Positions 58,004-64,000 of a stretch of DNA of 64,000 nucleotides are shown piece by piece. Made by a program: the position numbers and the translations under genes. Where the stretch lies: positions 3,712,001-3,776,000 of the forward strand of contig OZ220732.1 in assembly GCA_965116905.1 (NCBI GenBank), given 5' to 3'. The stretch's first letter is position 1. Each line of letters opens with the position of its first letter. The DNA comes from Longimicrobiales bacterium. GTDB lineage: Bacteria > Gemmatimonadota > Gemmatimonadetes > Longimicrobiales > Gaopeijiaceae. The notes under the pieces are model-generated. The model made no database searches. It was given only the letters and a program-made list of their open reading frames with translations, and was not told the origin of the DNA.

Positions 58004-59451
58004 CGGATCAGGTACCATTCGGTCTGGTAGGGCCGGAAGTACTCGTAGCCGTCGGGCGTCAGGTAGCCGTCGTCCTCCATGGGGATCCTCACGGTGCCGC
58101 CGCCGTATTCGGGGATCGCGGTCGTGGCGCTGAACTCGATGGAGCGGTAGGAGCCGTCCCGCAGATGCGAGTCCCACTCGGGCGGAGACGACAGGTCCAT
58201 GTCGCGCGCGTTGATCGCCGGGCCGAGCGCGTGGCCATGGTAGCCGATGGGGTGCGAATACAGGCTGGGCAGGAAGTCGACGTCCTCCAGCAGGGCCGCG
58301 ATCGCGAGCGTGGCCTCCCAGCCGGTCATGCCGGGGCGGGGCGCGGCAGCAAACGCCTCGTGCACGATGTTGGCGTTGCGGAGCGCGGTCTTGAGGCCGT
58401 CGGGCACGTCGTTCTCACCCTCGCGAAGAATGTATGCCACTTTTTGCCAATCGCTGGCGAAGCCCACGTAGTCGAAGCCGCAGTCCAGGTGGATAATGTC
58501 GCCCCGCCGGAACACCAGGTCGTCGGGCGACGGGTGAATGTACAGGATCATTTCGCCGGACTCTTCGTTGAAGCGCTGGACCGCGACGTGGATCTCGAAC
58601 CAGGGCTTGCCCCCGACTCCCAGCTCGGCAATGGTCTCATCGAAGAACCACTTGATGTCCCTGGCCTGCGTCACCCCGGGCGTGATCACGACGTTGGAGA
58701 GCGCGGTCTGCGCAATCACATCGGTGGCGAGGACGAGTTGCCGGTAGTGCTCCAGTTCGCCGGGCAGCCGGGTGTCGAAGACCTCCTCGATGAGCGGGGC
58801 CGCCGACACGAAGCGCGCCTCCGCCTCCGGCCCAAGCGCATCGGCAAGGAACAGGTAGCTGTCGTGCGTGAGGCTGCTGTCGTGCCCCCGGTTGCCCCCG
58901 ATGGCGAGGCCGATCGTGGCTGGATTGTAGCGGTCCCACAGAACCCGCAGGCCGGTCGGCGTGTCCTGGATGCCGCGGGCTGTGCGCCCGGCGGGCATCG
59001 GCTCAAAGAAGCGGCGGAAGTCGGCGGTGGGCCGCCAGTAGTCGGAGTAGGCCGCCAGACCCTCGTCACCGCCGTCGACGAACACCATCACGTCGCGCCG
59101 GCGGGCGTACTGAAGCGGCGGAGCCACGTAGTACAGCGCCGGATCCTGGTGGAACTCTTCGCTGACCACGATCCACATCTCGATCCCGTGGGTGCGCATC
59201 TGGTCGAGCAGGAGCGCGCGCTTCTCCGCCAGCCACTCCAGCCGCAGTTCGTACTGGGCGCGCATGCCGAGCAGCTCGGGCATGCCGGGAATGACGCGTC
59301 CGTCGAAGAGCTCGACGGGCTCGGACGAGACCCTCGGACGGTCGTCGTCGGTGCCGGGCGGCGCGCCGGCGGGCGTACAGGAAGCGAGGAGGGCGGCGGT
59401 GGCCATGGCGGCCACGCGCACAACGGGTTCGCGGCGAGAACTTCGGCTCAT
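58000..59451 (-). CDS. M24 family (Xaa-Pro) metallopeptidase lipoprotein
   Basis: Lipobox LASC; GDIIHLDCG, SDWQ, YSHPIGYHGH, SIE and MEDD. Confidence 0.85.
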   Translation of the reverse strand: MSRSSRREPVVRVAAMATAALLASCTPAGAPPGTDDDRPRVSSEPVELFDGRVIPGMPELLGMRAQYELRLEWLAEKRALLLDQMRTHGIEMWIVVSEEFHQDPALYYVAPPLQYARRRDVMVFVDGGDEGLAAYSDYWRPTADFRRFFEPMPAGRTARGIQDTPTGLRVLWDRYNPATIGLAIGGNRGHDSSLTHDSYLFLADALGPEAEARFVSAAPLIEEVFDTRLPGELEHYRQLVLATDVIAQTALSNVVITPGVTQARDIKWFFDETIAELGVGGKPWFEIHVAVQRFNEESGEMILYIHPSPDDLVFRRGDIIHLDCGFDYVGFASDWQKVAYILREGENDVPDGLKTALRNANIVHEAFAAAPRPGMTGWEATLAIAALLEDVDFLPSLYSHPIGYHGHALGPAINARDMDLSSPPEWDSHLRDGSYRSIEFSATTAIPEYGGGTVRIPMEDDGYLTPDGYEYFRPYQTEWYLIR

Positions 59452-60227
59452 GTCAGCACCTCTCGGAAAAATGCCCGTACGACAGGGAGTGCCACCTCGG
59501 GAGCGATCGCGGTGAGGTGGTTCTTCCCTTCCAGCCAATTGACTTGCCAACCCAGGTCCCGGAGGTCGCCCTCGGCTTCCCGGAGATAGTCGGCCAGCGG
59601 GGTCAGGTACCGCTCGGGCACGCCGTCCGCGTTGTCCTCGGTCCCCATGAACACCATGCGCGGGATCGTCAGCTTCGCAACTTCCTCGCGCTCCGGCCAT
59701 TCAAGCAGCGGACGGTAGAAGCCGACCGACTGATAGCGCACGTCGTCACCTACGTCCGGCCACTCGGGTGGCGGATTGTCGGCCATGTCCGTGGTGATCT
59801 CGACCATGCGCTCGAAGGGCGCGTTGAGCGGCGGGAAACCCCCGCAAGCGAAGGCCGATACCCGGTCCGTTCGGCAGACCAGTTGGGTCCCCATGGCACC
59901 CCCGTAGCTGTAGCCGACCCACCCGAACCGGTCCACGCCGGCCGCGTCCGCGACGAGGCATACCTCTTCCGCTGCCATTTCGGGAGTATAGGCGAGGCCC
60001 AGTGCATTGGGCGTCTTGCCGACTCCCCTCGGATAGTCCGCCAATAGCAGATGGAAGTCCCGCTGAAGTGCATCGATCCACGCCTGCGTCGGGTCCTCGA
60101 AGCCCTCGATCATGTCATTGCGGAACGAGGCGTAGAAATGCGGCCCCATGAAGACGGTGGGACGGGTGGGGTTCCCCCGCGTCTCGAAGTGGATCCCGGT
60201 TCCGTCGGAGGCTCTGGCTGTGGGCAT
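59448..60227 (-). CDS. Alpha/beta fold hydrolase
   Basis: DYPRGVG, GYSYGG, G-ED and the C-terminal catalytic H. Confidence 0.85.
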   Translation of the reverse strand: MPTARASDGTGIHFETRGNPTRPTVFMGPHFYASFRNDMIEGFEDPTQAWIDALQRDFHLLLADYPRGVGKTPNALGLAYTPEMAAEEVCLVADAAGVDRFGWVGYSYGGAMGTQLVCRTDRVSAFACGGFPPLNAPFERMVEITTDMADNPPPEWPDVGDDVRYQSVGFYRPLLEWPEREEVAKLTIPRMVFMGTEDNADGVPERYLTPLADYLREAEGDLRDLGWQVNWLEGKNHLTAIAPEVALPVVRAFFREVLT

Positions 60228-60366
60228 GCGGTTCGGCAGGGCTAGGACACATATGGAGGATTCGGGGATCGGACAGATCGATCCCACTCATCCATCTTGC
60301 CCCTCACGGATGCGCCCGCAAGTGTAAGGCACCCGCCAGACATGCCCCGAGTCCCGAGTTTGCGCC

Positions 60367-61437
60367 ATGAGAATCGGCACCACAACCGCGTTCGCCGCCC
60401 TGTTCCTGCTCGTCGCCTGCCAGGCCGCGGATCCGCCTTCCCGGCCAGCCGCCGAGGCCGCCCCCCCACCCGGCTACGACTTCGAGGGCCCCGCCTTCGA
60501 ATTCGAGGAGGTCGTGCCCGGCGTCTACCACGCCCGCGGCACCGGCAGCCTTGCCGTGGGATCGCACGGCGCGGTGATCGTGAACGAGGAAGACGTGCTG
60601 CTGGTCGAGTCGCACATTTCGCCCGCGGCCGCCCGCGCGGTGGTGGACGAGATCGAGGCGCTGACCGACAAGCCCGTCCGCTACGTGGTCAACACGCACT
60701 ATCACTTCGACCACGCGCACGGCAACCGGATCTACCCGCCCGAGGTGCACATCATCGGCCATGAAGTCACTCGCGAGATGCTGGAGAACGGGGGGTCGAT
60801 GGGGCGGTCCTACGAGTCGTTCGTGGGTGGACTGCCGGACCAGGTGGCGGCGCTCGAGGAGCAGGTCGCGGCCGCCGAGGACGGGGCGGAGCGCGCAGGG
60901 CTGGAGGACCAGCTTGCGTACATGCGGAACTACCTGGCCGGCCAGGAATCCCTCGAGCCGGTGGGCCCCAACACAACGCTGTCGGAGCGCATGACGCTGT
61001 TTCGCGGCGACCGCGAGATCCGCCTGCTCTTCTTCGGACGCGGTCACACCGGCGGCGACATCGTGGTGCACCTGCCCCGGGAGCGCGTGCTCATCACCGG
61101 CGATCTGCTGCTACCCCGTCTGCCCTACATGGGGGACGGCTTCCTCGACGAGTGGGACGACACCCTGGAGCACCTGAAGTCGCTGGACTTCGACTGGGTC
61201 CTTCCCGGCCACGGCAACCCCTTCCAGGACCGGGAGCGGATCACGTACCAGCAGGAATACATGCGGGACCTGCAGGCCCAGGCCGAGGCGCTCCATGCGC
61301 AGGGGCTGTCGTACGAAGAAGCGGCGGCGAGGATCGACATGTCCGACCATGCGGAGCACTACCCTCAGGTCGCGGGGGCGGGGGTGCCGGCGGTCACGGT
61401 GCAGCGGATCTTCGAGCTGCTGGACGGGGGAAGCTGA
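60367..61437 (+). CDS. MBL-fold metallo-hydrolase lipoprotein
   Basis: Lipobox LVAC; NTHYHFDHAHG, GHTGGD, TGDL and PGHG. Confidence 0.9.
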   Translation: MRIGTTTAFAALFLLVACQAADPPSRPAAEAAPPPGYDFEGPAFEFEEVVPGVYHARGTGSLAVGSHGAVIVNEEDVLLVESHISPAAARAVVDEIEALTDKPVRYVVNTHYHFDHAHGNRIYPPEVHIIGHEVTREMLENGGSMGRSYESFVGGLPDQVAALEEQVAAAEDGAERAGLEDQLAYMRNYLAGQESLEPVGPNTTLSERMTLFRGDREIRLLFFGRGHTGGDIVVHLPRERVLITGDLLLPRLPYMGDGFLDEWDDTLEHLKSLDFDWVLPGHGNPFQDRERITYQQEYMRDLQAQAEALHAQGLSYEEAAARIDMSDHAEHYPQVAGAGVPAVTVQRIFELLDGGS

Positions 61438-61460
61438 ACCGCCCCATGCCGTCAGGGCAG

Positions 61461-61536
61461 CACGATAGGGCCACTCCTCCACGATAGGGGACCCTCTCCA
61501 CGATGGGGACGCTCCTCCACGATAGGGGACGCTCCC
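61461..61536. repeat. 4 x 19-bp direct repeat
   Basis: CACGAT(A)GGG cores at 61461, 61480, 61499 and 61518. Confidence 0.85.
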
Positions 61537-61561
61537 GGAAGTCTCAGCTGAAACGCCTATC

Positions 61562-61600
61562 TATTCATAATTTGAATGATTATCATTCACAATATGAATA
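61562..61600. promoter_or_regulatory. 39-bp AT-rich palindromic operator
   Basis: tattcataatttgaatgat-t-atcattcacaatatgaata; arms match at 17/19. Confidence 0.75.
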
Positions 61601-62853
61601 ATTGTGTTCTACCACGGGCGGTTTCTGCGAGTCTGGCGACCGCGCTGCGCGTCATGCCCGCCGTCGTGGTCGCTGGGGCGCGTCAGACCGGGAAGACAAC
61701 GCTTGCGCGTGTAGTCGGGCGGACGGGGACCGCACACGGGCCCGGGCCAGCGGCTCAAGGTGGCCGACAGTACCTGTCGCTGGACGACTTCGACGTACTC
61801 GACCTCGCTCGGCGCGACCCCGACGCCCTGGTCCGCCGCCCGCATCCGGTGACTCTCGATGAGGTGCAGCGTGAGCCCGGTCTCCTCAGCGCCGTCAAGC
61901 GGGAGATCGACCGGGGGCGCCAGCCCGGCCGCTTTCTGCTCACCGGGTCTGCGAACCTGCTGATGATGCGCCGGGTCTCGGAGTCGCTCGCCGGGCGCGC
62001 CAGCTACCTGACCCTGTGGCCGATGACTCGACGGGAGCAGCTGGGACTCGGCGAGTGCGGCATCTGGGAAAGGCTGGTCGAGGTTCCCGACCGGCATTGG
62101 CTGGATGTCGTCGCGGCAGACGGCGGTGGCCGGGAGGACTGGAGACCGTGGGCCCGGCGCGGAGGATTCCCATTCCCGGCCGTTCACCTCGGCACGGACG
62201 AGGAGCGGGCAATCTGGTTCGACGGCTACGTACGGACGTACCTCGAGCGAGATCTCCAGACGCTTTCCGCGATCCACTCGCTTCCCGACTTCCGCAGACT
62301 GATGCGCGCCGCCTGCCTACGCATTGGCTCGACCGTGAATCAGAGCGAGCTGGGCCGTGATGTCGGACTGAGTCAGCCGACGGTTCACCGATACCTCAAC
62401 CTGCTCGAAACGTCCTACCTGCTGCTGCGGATCCCGGCCTACGCGGTGAACCGGACCAAGCGGCTGATCAAATCGCCGAAGCTCTATTGGGCCGATACCG
62501 GTCTGGCGATGCACCTGTCGCAGGAGGTCGAGCCGCGGGGCGCCCACCTTGAGAATCTGGTGTTGCAGGACCTCCTGGTGTGGCGAGATTCACGTTCTTC
62601 TCCGGCCGAGGTCCTGCACTGGCGGGCGACTACCGGTGAGGAAGTGGACTTCGTGATTGAGGCCGGGGACTCGCTGCTGCCCATCGAAGTGAAGGCGACG
62701 AAGCGACCCTGGCTCGCCCACGCGGCCAACCTGCGCACGTTCCGAAGGGAATACGGGCACGCCGCCCGTTCGGGTCTGCTTCTCCACGGCGGGGACTCCG
62801 TGGAGTGGCTCACCGCGGAAGTCCTTGCCGTTCCGTGGTGGCAGGTGATGTAG
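61576..62853 (+). CDS. AAA_14 ATPase with a DUF4143 (HTH plus PD-(D/E)xK-like) C-terminus
   Basis: GARQTGKT, LDEVQ, LTGSA, KSPKLYWADTGL and EVDFV..IEVK. The start may be at 61594 or later. Confidence 0.9.
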   Translation: MIIIHNMNNCVLPRAVSASLATALRVMPAVVVAGARQTGKTTLARVVGRTGTAHGPGPAAQGGRQYLSLDDFDVLDLARRDPDALVRRPHPVTLDEVQREPGLLSAVKREIDRGRQPGRFLLTGSANLLMMRRVSESLAGRASYLTLWPMTRREQLGLGECGIWERLVEVPDRHWLDVVAADGGGREDWRPWARRGGFPFPAVHLGTDEERAIWFDGYVRTYLERDLQTLSAIHSLPDFRRLMRAACLRIGSTVNQSELGRDVGLSQPTVHRYLNLLETSYLLLRIPAYAVNRTKRLIKSPKLYWADTGLAMHLSQEVEPRGAHLENLVLQDLLVWRDSRSSPAEVLHWRATTGEEVDFVIEAGDSLLPIEVKATKRPWLAHAANLRTFRREYGHAARSGLLLHGGDSVEWLTAEVLAVPWWQVM

Positions 62854-62895
62854 CGCGCCCCCGCCGCGAGGCGCGAATCGCCCGGCCCTTGCGTC

Positions 62896-63252
62896 CTACC
62901 GCTCCGGCATCGCCACCGCCTCACCCGGCTTCGGCCTCACGCCCTCGGCAAAGAGCTGCGCGTTCAGCGCGGGCACGCGCGACGTGATCAGCTCGTTGAG
63001 CGGACCGAGCAGCTCCTCCATCACCTCCCAGGCGCGGTCGACCTGCCACCTATGGTCCTCGGTCGGCAGGGTGGACGAGCCCTGGATGGCCGTGGCCACC
63101 CCCGCATTACGGCGGGCCTCGCCCACGTCGTCGTCGATTTCTTCCAGCGCCTCGCGGATCGCTTCCAGTTCCTCATCCAGCCCCTCGGGGGCTTCGGCCG
63201 CGGCTTCGATCAGCTCCTCGGCGGCGTCCAGCTGCTCCTCCAGCGCGCTCAC
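62896..63252 (-). CDS. C-terminal helical segment of the BNR/VPS10 protein, in a shifted frame
   Basis: VSALEEQLDAAEEL...PT...VPALNAQL continues the upstream protein after a frame change; GTGA overlap at the junction. Confidence 0.65.
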   Translation of the reverse strand: MSALEEQLDAAEELIEAAAEAPEGLDEELEAIREALEEIDDDVGEARRNAGVATAIQGSSTLPTEDHRWQVDRAWEVMEELLGPLNELITSRVPALNAQLFAEGVRPKPGEAVAMPER

Positions 63253-64000
63253 GCACGGCCGGCCTCGTAGATCGACGGGGCGAGCGCGTGCAGGCTCATC
63301 AGCGCATCCTGGCGGGCCATGCGGTCGGCCCGGGTCATGGGGCGGCGCGGGTCGGCCTGGATCTCGACGGTTGACGAGTACGTCTGCCCGCCCACTGTCA
63401 TGCTGACCGTGTAGACGCCCGGCGTGGCAACCGGGCCCTGCGGAGTGCCCGGCTGACCGAATCCGACAGGTTGCTGGGGGCCTTCCGGCTCGTAGGGCGC
63501 GTCCATGCGCCAGTCCCACACGACCTCGTTGACGCCGGCTTCGGACGGCGCTTCCAGGGTGCGGATGTGGGTGCCGTCGGAAGCGGTGATGGTGAGGGCG
63601 AAGGTGGTTTCTTCCGCAGGCTCCCCGTCGGCCATGTCGCCGTCGCTCGCGCCGGCATCGTCGCCGTCCCGCAGGTAGTAGCGGATCAGGGTGCCGCGCG
63701 GGGGGTTCGGGGCCGAGTAGGTGGCGCCGGTGAAGGGCCAGTCGCCGCGCTGCGCCCACATGATGGTCTCGCGGGCCTGGGGGAAGATGCGGCCGGCTTC
63801 GGCGAGGGTCTCGGCCGAGAGGTGCTCGAGGGGGGACACGTCGGCGAGGATCCAGAAGGAGCGGCCGTGGGTGCCGACGAGCAGGTCGTTGTCGCGGGGG
63901 TGGATGAGGATGTCGTCAACGGGGACGACGGGGAGGTTGTTCTTCAGCTGGACCCACTGCTCGCCGCGGTCGACCGAGACGAAGACGCCGACTTCGTTGC
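63249..64000 (-). CDS. BNR/Asp-box (VPS10-like) glycosyl-hydrolase-family protein, 3' part; begins outside the window
   Basis: GVFVSVDRGEQW..LPVVPVDDILIHPRDNDLLVGTHGRSFWI, APNPP, GVNEVVWD and PGVYTV. Confidence 0.82.
   Translation of the reverse strand, partial: NEVGVFVSVDRGEQWVQLKNNLPVVPVDDILIHPRDNDLLVGTHGRSFWILADVSPLEHLSAETLAEAGRIFPQARETIMWAQRGDWPFTGATYSAPNPPRGTLIRYYLRDGDDAGASDGDMADGEPAEETTFALTITASDGTHIRTLEAPSEAGVNEVVWDWRMDAPYEPEGPQQPVGFGQPGTPQGPVATPGVYTVSMTVGGQTYSSTVEIQADPRRPMTRADRMARQDALMSLHALAPSIYEAGRA

Noticed and set aside
63249..63251. TGA as a second selenocysteine codon
   Set aside because: The coding sequence continues in a different frame and there is no redox motif.

Overview
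A GC-rich bacterial window with about 58 protein-coding genes. The many lipoproteins, 6-bladed beta-propellers, TonB receptors and peptidases suggest a Gemmatimonadota-like heterotroph (inference only). Main content: an S9 peptidase (partial), PLP aminotransferases with dapB, a tripartite RND efflux pump, cardiolipin synthase, a porin-pstS-phoU-pstCAB-B phosphate operon, a flotillin/NfeD pair, a PQQ dehydrogenase, an acyl-CoA ligase with a PanE-like reductase, a HigBA toxin-antitoxin pair, a three-gene 2-oxoacid oxidoreductase, an AT-richer restriction-modification island, hydrolases, an AAA/DUF4143 ATPase and a split BNR/VPS10-type gene. Signals the ORF track misses: (1) an ArsC-like selenoprotein (in-frame TGA in a UxxC motif plus a SECIS-like hairpin); (2) PhoU fused to a catalytically degenerate LMW-phosphatase/ArsC-fold domain, with 11-bp-phased Pho-box-like repeats upstream of the porin and pstS; (3) an R-M island with two unrelated endonucleases (NgoMIV-like and KpnI-like HNH) but one C5 methyltransferase; (4) four 19-bp direct repeats plus a 39-bp AT-rich palindrome in front of the AAA/DUF4143 gene; (5) a 3'-half tRNA-Val-like remnant next to a leaderless HigBA module; (6) a protein with ten 33-bp tandem repeats. 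All family calls come from motif recognition by eye; no database searches were run.
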